Positions 1 through 9,354 of a stretch of DNA of 45,144 nucleotides are shown piece by piece. The stretch's first letter is position 1, and every line of letters begins with the position of its first letter. The notes beneath the pieces were generated by a model. That model was not told the origin of the DNA and did not search any database. It saw only the letters and a list, made by a program, of their open reading frames with translations. Source of the DNA: Pseudomonadota bacterium (GTDB lineage: Bacteria; Desulfobacterota; Desulfobacteria; Desulfobacterales; JBDRRP01). The position numbers and the translations under genes were made by a program. The stretch is taken from the NCBI GenBank assembly GCA_043825735.1, contig JBDRRP010000134.1, positions 1 through 45,144 on the forward strand. The letters are read 5' to 3'.

Positions 1-111
1 GCGTGTGGCTGCCGCGCGGCCGCGGCCGCCCCCCCCCCCCCCGCCCTCCCCGCGCGCGGGAGCACAAAATCGCTTGCGCATAATTGCACCTCCCACAGAT
101 GGGCATATTGT

Positions 112-879
112 TTATATCAAGGTTGATCGAACCCCGTTCAACGTCTCCATGTCCGAACAAAAAAAATGATTAGCCAGATATTTACGCTCGTAAGACCTGA
201 CGTCATAGTGAATCCAGGTCGGGGCGATATCCGACGGCTCCAATGATTTCCGGTTTTTCGCGGACCATCCGATTTGGGCGTTTGCGCGTTCCACCAGCAC
301 GCCGCGAATCATCTCGCACCGGTTCATGTCGTCTCTTTTGTCTTCGCCCGGTTTCAAGACCGCGTCCACATCGATTGCCTTGCCGTGGTGATTTGTGCTG
401 GTGCGCCCTTTTTGCGCATTGTTTATGCTGCAGCGATAACCGGAGGTGATCACAAAGTCGAAATCATTCAAATAGAAGAAAAGCCCTCTGACGGCCCATA
501 GTAGCATGCGGTGTACGCCGGGATACTCATAGCGATAATATGCCTCTACGCTGGACATGCCGGAGCGATACTTTCCTTTGAATTTGCCTTGGCCGAATCC
601 GCCGCATTCCCCGCACGGGCATTTGAGCGCGTCAAAATCGATCGGGTATTGATCGGCAAAGGCATCGATGGCAGCCATCGTCTCCGGATCGGCGATCCCT
701 GTCGGCCTGGCCTTTTTCATATAATCTTTTTGGAAGGAGACAACCTGCAACTCAGTGCTGGGGCCGAACTGGCCATCGGGAATCGTGCCCCGAAAACCCG
801 CCAAACGGGTCTGCAATTCCACGATATCTTCACCGGAGAGCCCCTTTTTCAATTCTCTTTCACCATAGGTCATCGTCAT
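112..879 (-). CDS. Peptidoglycan-binding domain + M15-family Zn peptidase (D-Ala-D-Ala carboxypeptidase/endolysin-like)
   Basis: N-terminal PG_binding_1-like motif (LKKGLSGEDIVELQTRL...DGQFGPSTELQVVSFQ). C-terminal M15 motifs ITSGYRC, HHGKAID and WIHYDVR. Confidence 0.85.
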   Translation of the reverse strand: MTMTYGERELKKGLSGEDIVELQTRLAGFRGTIPDGQFGPSTELQVVSFQKDYMKKARPTGIADPETMAAIDAFADQYPIDFDALKCPCGECGGFGQGKFKGKYRSGMSSVEAYYRYEYPGVHRMLLWAVRGLFFYLNDFDFVITSGYRCSINNAQKGRTSTNHHGKAIDVDAVLKPGEDKRDDMNRCEMIRGVLVERANAQIGWSAKNRKSLEPSDIAPTWIHYDVRSYERKYLANHFFCSDMETLNGVRSTLI

Positions 880-938
880 CTTTCGTCATCCTCGGAATGG
901 GTTATCGATGAGTGATGATCAAATCGGTTTTCCCCCCG

Positions 939-1169
939 TCATTTCAAATCCTCACGGGAGACAATGTTGGCCGACTGGTATTTTTCATCGAACACGATAA
1001 CGGAAGAGCCCTGCCGAATCTGGCGCATCACCTGAGCCGCCCGCTCCTCGAGATCCAGTTTGATATATCCCGTGTCAGTGCCGTCCCTGGTAACGAATTC
1101 CTCGATCAGCTTCCGCAGGGCTTCGGGACTGAGCCTGTCATAGGGAATGATGATTCCGGTTTTGCTCAT
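939..1169 (-). CDS. yheU: YheU / UPF0270 family protein
   Basis: IIIPYDRLSPEALRKLIEEFVTRDGTD...LEERAAQV...VIVFDE matches the YheU signature. Start moved to the ATG at 1169 to avoid overlapping the upstream gene. Confidence 0.85.
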   Translation of the reverse strand: MSKTGIIIPYDRLSPEALRKLIEEFVTRDGTDTGYIKLDLEERAAQVMRQIRQGSSVIVFDEKYQSANIVSREDLK

Positions 1170-1179
1170 AGTCGACCGG

Positions 1180-1566
1180 TTAAAACCTGAAACCGATTTT
1201 GTAGAGCAGATAAATGACAAGGACCGGAGATCCGACGTAGAGTCCGATGTGGAACCAGGCCGGCGCCGGTACCAGTGAAATGGCCGTAGCCACTATCGAA
1301 GCAGAGAGGCTGGAAATAAACAGCGCCGTTGCGATGGTCCTGAATGAGCTTGTGATCTCTTCGAATTTCTCGGGAAATTTTTTTCTGTACACCGTTTTAT
1401 AGAAGACATACATCAACGCGCCAAAAGTGATGAACAATGAAAAGAAAGCATTTTCCTGGTGTGTATTCCTGTGGAGACCAAAGAAACTGACCACCAGGAC
1501 AGGCAACCCAAACCCCACCAAGACCGGAAACACCAGCACCCAGTATTCTTTTTTATCGATTTTCAT
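1180..1566 (-). CDS. Hypothetical integral membrane protein (about 4 TM helices)
   Basis: 128-aa ORF with four hydrophobic segments, co-oriented and closely spaced with yheU. Confidence 0.7.
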   Translation of the reverse strand: MKIDKKEYWVLVFPVLVGFGLPVLVVSFFGLHRNTHQENAFFSLFITFGALMYVFYKTVYRKKFPEKFEEITSSFRTIATALFISSLSASIVATAISLVPAPAWFHIGLYVGSPVLVIYLLYKIGFRF

Positions 1567-1804
1567 GTCAACGCCTATGATTTGGGTTTACCAAGCCGGA
1601 TATCAATCTATTTGTGATCTCAATGTAGCGGGTCCGGGTGTTCTTCGTCAACCAAGCACCGTCAGATAGCCTACTTTTCCCATGGCTGAACCGCCGGCAT
1701 TCCGGATGGGTCGTTCTTTTTCCATGGGATTCGCCTTCCGTGTCTTGCAGGCATAATAGAAAACGGTTAGAAACGATTTCAAAACCTTCAATTATGCGTG
1801 GCCG

Positions 1805-3046
1805 ATGATACTCAAACACCGCCGCTGGATCATTTACCTGATTTCCTGCCTGCTGTTCATACTGTCTCAGTTTTACCGATCTTCAATAGCGGTGATCTCA
1901 CCCAATCTGGTGGCAGAACTCAACCTTGACACAGAAGACCTGGGACTCATCTCGGCCGCTTTTTTTTATGCGTTCGCTGCGATGCAGATTCCGGTGGGGT
2001 ATTATCTGGACAGCGTGGGACCGCGGATTCTCATGACGGTCCTTTCTCTTTCCGCAGTCATTGGCGCCACCATTTTTGCTACCGGCGAATCGGCGGTTGC
2101 CCTCATTGCCGGCCGCCTGCTCCTTGGCGTTGGCATGGCCTGCAACCTGATGGGACCGCTGAAACTATTCACGACGTGGTTTTCTCCACTGTATTTTGCG
2201 ACCCTTTCCGCCATATTCGTTTCCGTCGGGACGGCAGGAAATATTGCGGCGGCAACACCGCTGGTGTGGCTTACCGAATGGTTCGGATGGCGAGCGACGT
2301 TTCTTCTCTTCGCCATGAGCAACCTGGCGATCGCGATCCTGTTCTATGTGATCGCAAGAGACCGCCCTGACGATGCCCCCGGCGGTCATCCCACCAAGGC
2401 TTCAGCGGGTAACACGCCGGTTGCACTGAGCGGTATCATCCAGCTCTTTTCACGCCGGGATTACTGGTTGATTTCGATGGGCACTTTTTTCCGCTACGGC
2501 ATCTATGCCTCGGTTCAGGCCCTGTGGGCGGCGCCCTTTCTGATGGCGGCAATGGGGCTGTCTCAGCTCATGGCCGGCAACCTGCTGCTCGCCATGAGCA
2601 TCGGGCTGATTATCGGCAGTCCAATGTGCGGATGGATATCCGATTCGCTGCTCCGCTCGAGGAAACACGTCATCATCGCCGGATTGGCGGCGATGGCCGG
2701 CATCCTGATCACACTGGCCGCGCTGCCGGTCGATACCGGACTGCTGATCCTGTTTGCTTTGTTCTTCGGATTTGGTTTTTCCAGCGGTTCCGGCCAGATC
2801 ATGTACGCGCACATCAAAGAACGCATGCCGCTTGAAAACGCCGGGGCCGCCATGACCGGCATCAACTTTTTTACCATGACGGGCGTCGCATTTTTTTTGC
2901 ACGGCGTCGGCTGGGCGATCAAAACGTTCTATCCTCAAGGCACGCCTTCCACCGAGGTTTTCAGAATGCCTTTCGTGATCTTTGGCATCTGTCTTGTCGT
3001 TACGGGGTTGCTTTATAATCTGACCGTCGATCACAAGCATTCTTGA
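1805..3046 (+). CDS. MFS transporter
   Basis: 413 aa with about 12 hydrophobic segments and MFS motif-A-like GYYLDSVGPR and GWISDSLLRSRK. Confidence 0.9.
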   Translation: MILKHRRWIIYLISCLLFILSQFYRSSIAVISPNLVAELNLDTEDLGLISAAFFYAFAAMQIPVGYYLDSVGPRILMTVLSLSAVIGATIFATGESAVALIAGRLLLGVGMACNLMGPLKLFTTWFSPLYFATLSAIFVSVGTAGNIAAATPLVWLTEWFGWRATFLLFAMSNLAIAILFYVIARDRPDDAPGGHPTKASAGNTPVALSGIIQLFSRRDYWLISMGTFFRYGIYASVQALWAAPFLMAAMGLSQLMAGNLLLAMSIGLIIGSPMCGWISDSLLRSRKHVIIAGLAAMAGILITLAALPVDTGLLILFALFFGFGFSSGSGQIMYAHIKERMPLENAGAAMTGINFFTMTGVAFFLHGVGWAIKTFYPQGTPSTEVFRMPFVIFGICLVVTGLLYNLTVDHKHS

Positions 3047-3060
3047 GAATCGGAATCAGA

Positions 3061-4326
3061 CTAAGTCGATTTTTTGATCATGAATGACAGCGCCAGGCAG
3101 GCAGTGATGCCGATGAGGCAAGTCGTAAATGCGGTTTGAAATCCGGCCACCGGATAAATGTCGCCGATACGTCCGGCATGATCGAGGATGGCGCCCGTGA
3201 GCACCTGGAAGGCGGCCACCCCTAAAAACGGAGCGGGATTGAGCAGACCCGAGGTGAGCCCAAGAATCTCCGGCGGGGTGGTTTCCTGTATCAGCCCCCA
3301 CAGGGTGCTGATAAAACCGCCGGCGGCAATGCCCATGATCAAGAGCATTGCAGAAATGCCGACTGAACCCAGCGGGCCGTGGAAAAAGATTATCGCCACC
3401 CAGGTAAGACCGTAGCCGACGATGATACCAATGACGGTATTGCGCTTGCACAGCTCCAACCGGTCGGTGAGCCACCCGAAAAAGGGTGCGCCGATGATCA
3501 CGCCGATGGGAATGAGCATGTTGAGCTGACTGGCGCGGATGCGGCTTATGCCCAGCACCGACATCAGGTATGGCGTGGCCCACAGCCCCTGGATTGTGAC
3601 GACCGTTCCATAGACGCCGAAAAACACTATTGAGATGATCCAGAACTGCCGCCGCACCAGCACGCGGCGCACATTGGTCCACACGCCGGCAGGTGATTCG
3701 CCGGTCGTTTCTGCAGAAGGCGTCTCTTTGGTGGTGCCAGGATCGCGATAATCGTGCGTTAGAAAAAGTACGTACATCGCCAGCACCAGAGTGATACCGC
3801 CGATGAGAAAAAACGTCGGCCGCCAGCCCAAGGTTCCCGCGGCCCAGGCCAAGGGCGTGGTGGCGATCACTGCGCCCACGTTACCCACCGACATGAGCAC
3901 GCCCAGCTTGGTGGTGAATTCCTCTCGCCTGAACCACAGACTCAGCGCCTTGATCGCCGGCACGTATACCCCGCCGACGCCCAGACCGATCAACGCCCGG
4001 CCCGCCGAAGCCCAGCCAATGGTCGGTGCGATGCCGAACAGCAGACAGCCGGCTGCGGCCGCCACGGACCACCAGCCGATCACCCGGCGGGGCCCGATCC
4101 GGTCGGCCAGGTATCCGACCACCGGCTGCTCTGCCGCATACAGGTAAAAGTACATCGACGACATGAAACCCAGCGCGGTGGCGTTGGTCTGAAAGGCATC
4201 GAGCAGGTCGGTAACGATCACCGACGTGGACACCCGGTGAAAATAGACAAAGAAATAGACCAGACAAACGCTGACAAAGACCACCCAGCGGTGGGGATCG
4301 GTGCTTTTGGCGGCAGGGCTGGTCAT
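3061..4326 (-). CDS. MFS transporter
   Basis: 421 aa with motif A GYLADRIGPRR and second-half GWLTDRL. Convergent with the related MFS gene, 14-bp gap. Confidence 0.9.
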   Translation of the reverse strand: MTSPAAKSTDPHRWVVFVSVCLVYFFVYFHRVSTSVIVTDLLDAFQTNATALGFMSSMYFYLYAAEQPVVGYLADRIGPRRVIGWWSVAAAAGCLLFGIAPTIGWASAGRALIGLGVGGVYVPAIKALSLWFRREEFTTKLGVLMSVGNVGAVIATTPLAWAAGTLGWRPTFFLIGGITLVLAMYVLFLTHDYRDPGTTKETPSAETTGESPAGVWTNVRRVLVRRQFWIISIVFFGVYGTVVTIQGLWATPYLMSVLGISRIRASQLNMLIPIGVIIGAPFFGWLTDRLELCKRNTVIGIIVGYGLTWVAIIFFHGPLGSVGISAMLLIMGIAAGGFISTLWGLIQETTPPEILGLTSGLLNPAPFLGVAAFQVLTGAILDHAGRIGDIYPVAGFQTAFTTCLIGITACLALSFMIKKST

Positions 4327-4357
4327 AAGAAGGTGTGCTTATCCATTGATTTACCGT

Positions 4358-4696
4358 CTACAGTTCAATTTTCGTTCCCAGCACTTTCAGGAATTTGGCC
4401 AGCCAATCGGGATGCGCCGGCCACGCCGGAGCGGTGACCAGGTTGCCGTCGACGTGAGCCTTGTCCACGGCGATGTCAACAAACTCGCCGCCCGCGCCGG
4501 TGACATCGGGTCCCACGGCCGGATAGGCGGAGCAGGCCCTGCCTTTGAGGACGCCGGCCGCTGCCAGCACCTGAGCGCCGTGGCAAATGGCGGCAATGGG
4601 TTTTTTGGCCTGCGAAAAATGCTGCACGATTTTCAGCACGGTCTTGTTCAGGCGGATGTATTCGGGCGCCCGCCCGCCGGGAATCACCAGCGCATG
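4358..4696 (-). pseudogene. 5'-truncated DJ-1/PfpI family protein
   Basis: [15 protein letters not shown]...AAICHG...[15 protein letters not shown] is the C-terminal ~110 aa of PfpI. Similarity stops at ~4695, about 10 bp from the mazF stop, so the N-terminal part of the family is missing. Confidence 0.8.
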
Positions 4697-4704
4697 GAAT
4701 GGTC

Positions 4705-5025
4705 TTATAGACCCAGTTGAGTGGTGATGGCGCGCCCGATATCTTCCATTTCAGAGCCGGTGACAGAGCCCGCTGCCGATAACAAGCGTTTTTTGCTCAC
4801 GGTGGTCAGTTGATCGGCCATCGCCTTGGCCTTTTTGCCTTGAAACATGACGTAGGCCTCACTGGGGTAAAGTCTGTCAATGTTGCCCGTCAGGGGAACA
4901 ACCTGGACTCTGTTCAAGTAATGGCTGGCAGCATCGTTGCTGATGATCACGGCTGGCCGCTGTTTGCGGATTTCGCCACCGACAGAAGGGTCGAAATCGA
5001 CCCACCAGACTTCAGCACGCTTCAT
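4705..5025 (-). CDS. mazF: Type II toxin, PemK/MazF endoribonuclease
   Basis: [31 protein letters not shown]...VVPLT...[12 protein letters not shown] is a canonical PemK/MazF pattern. Confidence 0.93.
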   Translation of the reverse strand: MKRAEVWWVDFDPSVGGEIRKQRPAVIISNDAASHYLNRVQVVPLTGNIDRLYPSEAYVMFQGKKAKAMADQLTTVSKKRLLSAAGSVTGSEMEDIGRAITTQLGL

Positions 5026-5242
5026 CGTTCAAATCTCCAATCGTGCCTTCGGCCCAGTCCAGCGCCTCGGTTTCTCGGATCTGATCCGCAGCCATTTCCT
5101 TATAGGCGGCATACATATCATTTTTTATTACGTGAGGGCGCACCAGATCCTCGATGAACCGGCTGATCTTACGCGGCCCGATGACCGCTCGCAGGCCATC
5201 ATAGACCGCTTCGTCGATGGTGACCGTCAGTTTTTTCTGCAT
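5012..5242 (-). CDS. Cognate antitoxin (RHH/CopG-like N-terminus, acidic C-terminus)
   Basis: 76 aa starting [14 protein letters not shown] after RBS GGGAGG. Overlaps the toxin start, and has an acidic tail. Confidence 0.8.
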   Translation of the reverse strand: MQKKLTVTIDEAVYDGLRAVIGPRKISRFIEDLVRPHVIKNDMYAAYKEMAADQIRETEALDWAEGTIGDLNDEAC

Positions 5243-5263
5243 AACGCACACCTCCCTCGATAT

Positions 5264-5299
5264 TGCACGTACAGTAACACGTGCAGCGCATTCACGCAA
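5264..5299 (-). promoter_or_regulatory. Sigma70 promoter and palindromic operator of the TA operon
   Basis: Minus strand TTGCGT-17 nt-TACTGT with an extended TG. The -10 box lies inside the perfect inverted repeat TGCACGT-N8-ACGTGCA (5264-5285). Confidence 0.65.
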
Positions 5300-5441
5300 G
5301 GCGCCAAAATTCCTGATTAATAGCTATCTTATCGATATATATCGTTATTTCATGGTTTCATGGATTTGTGGATTGGTCGCCTGCGGGTTGCGGCGGATTC
5401 AGAAAAACAGAAGAGTCACCCGCGCCCATGACATCAGGCCC

Positions 5442-5587
5442 CACTTCGGTCATGATTCATGTTTCGAGAAAAGCGCCCGAAGCAGCGCCGGTCCCAAGAG
5501 TCTTCGGGCTGGACCACTCGGTCAGCCTCACGCACAGCCCGGTATCCAGAAAGTAAATCTTCGGCGACTTGATCAAACGCTTAAGGC
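5442..5587 (-). pseudogene. Fragment of AAA+ ATPase DUF4143 domain
   Basis: Minus strand reads LKRLIKSPKIYFLDTGLCVRLTEWSSPKTLGTGAASGAFLET*IMTEV, with the KxPKxYFxDTGL signature and an internal TGA at 5457-5459. Not in the ORF track. Confidence 0.7.
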
Positions 5588-5683
5588 TGAATGCAGTTCA
5601 TACAATGGTTCGCAGGGTCATGGATGACGATGCGGAGTCTTTCAGTTCGGGCCTAATCCGGGCCCAGACGTTGGCAGTTTTTC

Positions 5684-5740
5684 AATGGCGGCACGGTCGA
5701 TGTTCCGGCCTGGGACATCGAGGTCGCCGATCCGTCGTAA
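5684..5740 (+). pseudogene. 3' remnant of a putative phage structural gene
   Basis: Reads NGGTVDVPAWDIEVADPS*, recalled as the C-terminus of a widespread phage hypothetical family. The stop is followed directly by the RBS of the next gene. Confidence 0.45.
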
Positions 5741-5755
5741 AGGGAGGTGATCGAT

Positions 5756-6100
5756 ATGGGTGAGCAGATTTTATCCCAGGATGCGGATGAAGAAAGCACG
5801 ATCCTGATCAGCGCGGACTTTGCCGATGAAGACGGAATCGCGGTCGCCCCGCTCACTATGTCGTGGAAGCTGACCGATTCTGCAGGAGCGGTTATAAACG
5901 ATCGGTCGGCCGTCGGGATTGAAGTGCCGGCGGCCTCGGTCAATATCGTTTTGACCAGCGATGACCTGGGCATTGCCGGCAGCGGCGATGTTGTCAGGAT
6001 CTTAACCCTGTGGGGGACCTATAACAGCGCCAGCGGGTCGGCCTTGAAATTTACCGCCGGCGTCAGGTTCAAGATCAACCAGCTTATCGGCATCGCATGA
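5756..6100 (+). CDS. Hypothetical beta-rich protein, probably phage-derived
   Basis: Strong RBS (AAGGGAGGTG) and 114 aa with alternating beta-strand pattern. Lies between a phage-like remnant and an integrase fragment. Confidence 0.6.
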   Translation: MGEQILSQDADEESTILISADFADEDGIAVAPLTMSWKLTDSAGAVINDRSAVGIEVPAASVNIVLTSDDLGIAGSGDVVRILTLWGTYNSASGSALKFTAGVRFKINQLIGIA

Positions 6101-6651
6101 TAGCGGCCCCTGACAGCGTCGAGATGAGCCTTCCACTCGAGCAGTGCTTGCCGGGTTCGCGGCATGAGAAACTCGGTACGTTCGACACCGTTCTTGGTCC
6201 GAAAAAAGGTGATCAGCCCCTCCTCAAAATCGAAGGTGATATCCTGCCACCTCAAGGACAAGGCCTCCTGCCGACTGGCGCCGTGTTCCGCACCGAGGTA
6301 GATCAACAGCGGCATATAGTGCCTTGCCTTGGTTTTCTGGCTGCACTCAACCAGCGTGTTGAGCATCTCGGGCAACAGGAAACGATTCCGGCGATGTTTG
6401 AGCTCGCTCAGGTAACCGATGTCGCTGGCGGGGTTTGAATGTACGGCCCCCATCTTCAATGCGCGCTTGAAGACTTGCTTGATGACAAAGAGGTACCGAT
6501 TTGAGGAGGCCGGAGAATGCTCGGCATTGTATTTGACCTGGATGTCCTCGACGTCCCTTTCCGTGAACCCCGTCATGAACCGTTTGCCATAAAGGGCATC
6601 GAGCCTATCCAGCCGGCAGGCATAACCCTCGTAGGTATCCTTGGCGATGTC
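6101..6651 (-). pseudogene. Tyrosine recombinase/integrase internal fragment
   Basis: The frame is open from 6651 (DIAKDTYEGY...) through SNRYLFVIKQVFKRA...SNPA...GASRQEALSLRWQDI...RTKNG. It lacks the N-terminus (cut at the ISL3) and the C-terminal HxxR/Tyr region (cut near 6100). Confidence 0.85.
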
Positions 6652-7890
6652 TTACACAAAGGAGGGCACGCATGTCCACAAGTTTGCTGTATCACGCTTT
6701 TCGTATCCGCGGCTACAAGTTCGTCAGATCGTTTTTCGACCGTGGTCGTATCATTTTCAGAGCCCGCCAAGAGCGGCACCAGCTGCGCTGTCCCGTGTGC
6801 AGATCGAGAAGAATCAACCTTAAGGGCAGCATCAAAAGAACGTTCGGATATGCGCCGATCGTTTTCAAACCGGTTTTCATCGAGTTCGCAATTCCGCGTA
6901 TTGAGTGTCTGGACTGCGGGGTGATCCGACAGGTCAAACTCGGATTTGCCGATGAACGAAGGTCCTACACGCGACAGTTTGAACGCCTTGCACTCGGGCT
7001 CTGTTGTCACATGACGATCAAGGACGTGGCCAATTTCCTGAGTGTCAGCTGGGACACGATCAAGGAGATCCAAAAACGGTATTTGAAAAGGCGTTTCTCG
7101 CGACCTTCGCTCAAGGGTATTAAACGGCTGGCCATCGATGAGATCTATATTGGAAGCAAGGAAAAGTATCTGACCATCGTCATGGATCTGGACCGTGGCG
7201 CCGTTGTTTTTGTCAGTGAAGGCAAAGGCGGAGATGCCTTGGTGCCCTTTTTGGAGGCGCCTTAAACGCGCAGACGCCCACGTCGAGGCTGTGGCCATCG
7301 ACATGTCGGCTGCATACATTGCCGCGGTTAAGGACCATTTGCCAAAGGTGGTGATTGTGTTCGATCACTTTCATATCGTCAAACTTTACAATGACGGCCT
7401 AACGAAGCTGCGCCGTGAGCTTTACCACCAGTGCACCAGCCAGTAGGAGAAAAAGGTCATCAAGGGGACCCGCTGGCTACTATTGAAAAATCCCGACAAT
7501 TTGGACGATACCCGTGATGAACCTGACCGCCTCAAGCAGGCCCTTGAAATCAACCAACCATTGGCCGCTGCATACTACATGAAAGAGGATCTGCGCCGTG
7601 CCTGGAATCAGCCAAACAAACAAAAAGCAGAAGAGTGTATCATCGATTGGCTATGGCGCGCTGGCAGATCGGGTATCAGAATGTTGGTAAAAATGGCCCA
7701 TACGATCGGAGCACACAGGCCAAGAATTCTTTCGTACTACGATTACCCGATCTCAACAGGCCCCCTTGAGGGCACAAACAACAAAATAAAAACCGTCAAA
7801 CGACAGGCCTACGGCTACCGAGATCAAGAATTTTTCAAACTCAAAATCATGTCACTTCACACAACCAGGTACGCTTTAGTCGGATGAACC
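6652..7890 (+). mobile_element. ISL3-family insertion sequence, defective (no left end; transposase 6672-7887 with frameshift and nonsense codon)
   Basis: zf-ISL3 motifs (CPVC...CLDC), LAIDE, VAIDMS, FDHFH, STGPLEGTNNKIK..KRQAYGYR. Extra T in the run at 7248-7252, in-frame TAG at 7444-7446. Right end GGATGAACC at 7890. No matching GGTTCATCC on the left. Confidence 0.9.
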
Positions 7891-8128
7891 CGAAAAAAAC
7901 CGGGCCAGTCCTCGTCGAGCTTTTGTCGTCGTTTCGGGCTCATGAACTGCCAGGGGTCGAACAAATGTCGTTGTTTGCGGCCGTTTGCCCTGAGCATATC
8001 AAAACCTACCTTAAGGCATTGTTATTGTTCATGATGTTCTACTAAAACGGCCGTTTGACGTCAACCGGAAAATTCAATTTTTCCTGATATTTCTATATGT
8101 TATAGCTGGTAGACTTTTTGCGAACGAG

Positions 8129-9157
8129 TCAATATGCCTCATCATAAGCCAGTTCTTCATCAGTAATCTTTCCCGAAAAGGTCTTGTAGGCCCACGCCTG
8201 ATAAGCCAATACAATGGGAACGAAAATCAGCGCTACCACCAGCATGACCTTCAATGTCAACGGGCTGGAGGATGCGTTGTGGGCCGTTAAGCTGAACATT
8301 GGATCGAGGGTTGATGGAAACATATTGGGATAGAGCCCCAGGACGCCGTAAAAGGTGGCGCCGATAATCGTCAGGGCTGAAGCAAACCAGGCCTTGAACA
8401 TGGCTTGTTTTTGAAGAAACAGTTTGACCCCCAGCAGGCCGGCCACAGTCGCCAGAATCACGATAAACAGGGCGGGATGCGCCAGATAGTTGTCGTACAA
8501 CCGGGTGGCGAAAAAACTGGCCGCAAGAAAGATGACCGCCACCAGCAGCAGCACCGGCCACAACTTGTTGGCTGTCGCCAACGCCCGATCATGAAGCTCT
8601 CCTTGGGATTTGATGGCCAGCCAGATGGCGCCGTGGATCAAAAACAAAAGGACAAAAAGCACGCCTCCCAGCAACCCATAGGGATTCAGCAGGGTCAGCA
8701 GGTTCCCATGATAAATGCCGTCGGCATCGATGGGCAACCCCCGGAAGATGTTGGCAAAGGCGACGCCCAGCAGCAGGGCCGGCAAAAAACTGCCCACGCA
8801 AATGCAGATATCCCAGATTTTACGCCAGCCGGGGGATTCGACCTTGCCGCGGAATTCAAAAGCCACGCCGCGCACGATCAGAGCAAAGAGCAGCAGCATC
8901 AGCGCTGAATAGAGCGAGGAGAACATGACCGCATAGACCGTCGGAAAGGCGGCGAAGGTTACACCGCCGGCCGTTAAGAGCCACACTTCGTTTCCATTCC
9001 ACAGCGGTCCCATGGCATTGAGCATCACCCGCCGATCGGTGTCGCTTTTCCCAAGGAATAGGTAAAGGGACCCGATTCCCAAGTCAAAACCATCGGTTGC
9101 AAAATATATTGCCCACAAAAGCCCCCAAAGTATAAACCAGATCAGTTGAAGCTTCAT
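8129..9157 (-). CDS. cydB: Cytochrome bd ubiquinol oxidase subunit II
   Basis: DGFDLGIG, GPLWNGNEVWL and RGVAFEFR motifs, downstream of cydA. Confidence 0.96.
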   Translation of the reverse strand: MKLQLIWFILWGLLWAIYFATDGFDLGIGSLYLFLGKSDTDRRVMLNAMGPLWNGNEVWLLTAGGVTFAAFPTVYAVMFSSLYSALMLLLFALIVRGVAFEFRGKVESPGWRKIWDICICVGSFLPALLLGVAFANIFRGLPIDADGIYHGNLLTLLNPYGLLGGVLFVLLFLIHGAIWLAIKSQGELHDRALATANKLWPVLLLVAVIFLAASFFATRLYDNYLAHPALFIVILATVAGLLGVKLFLQKQAMFKAWFASALTIIGATFYGVLGLYPNMFPSTLDPMFSLTAHNASSSPLTLKVMLVVALIFVPIVLAYQAWAYKTFSGKITDEELAYDEAY

Positions 9158-9354
9158 GGTTACCTCCCAATAATCAATTTAATTGTCCGGTAGTTGCCAC
9201 CGTTTTTCGGTCGCAAGTGAAGCGCTCCGAAAAGACGGAAATTGCGTTCAAAGCTTCCCGTTGGGTCGCTCTTAAAGCATCCTGGTCGAGCACCGGCCGA
9301 CACTTTGCCGGCGGATTTTCCCAAGCGAGCAGGGCGACTTCTTTCGATCCTGGA

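Noticed and set aside
1..62. Extremely GC-rich stretch with a long poly-C run
   Set aside because: It sits at the window edge and is unlike the rest, so it is most likely a low-quality contig end.
7248..7446. Programmed frameshift or amber (pyrrolysine) readthrough in the ISL3 transposase
   Set aside because: ISL3 transposases are normally single ORFs. Two lesions plus a missing left end point to decay (or sequencing error), and no pyl genes are in view.
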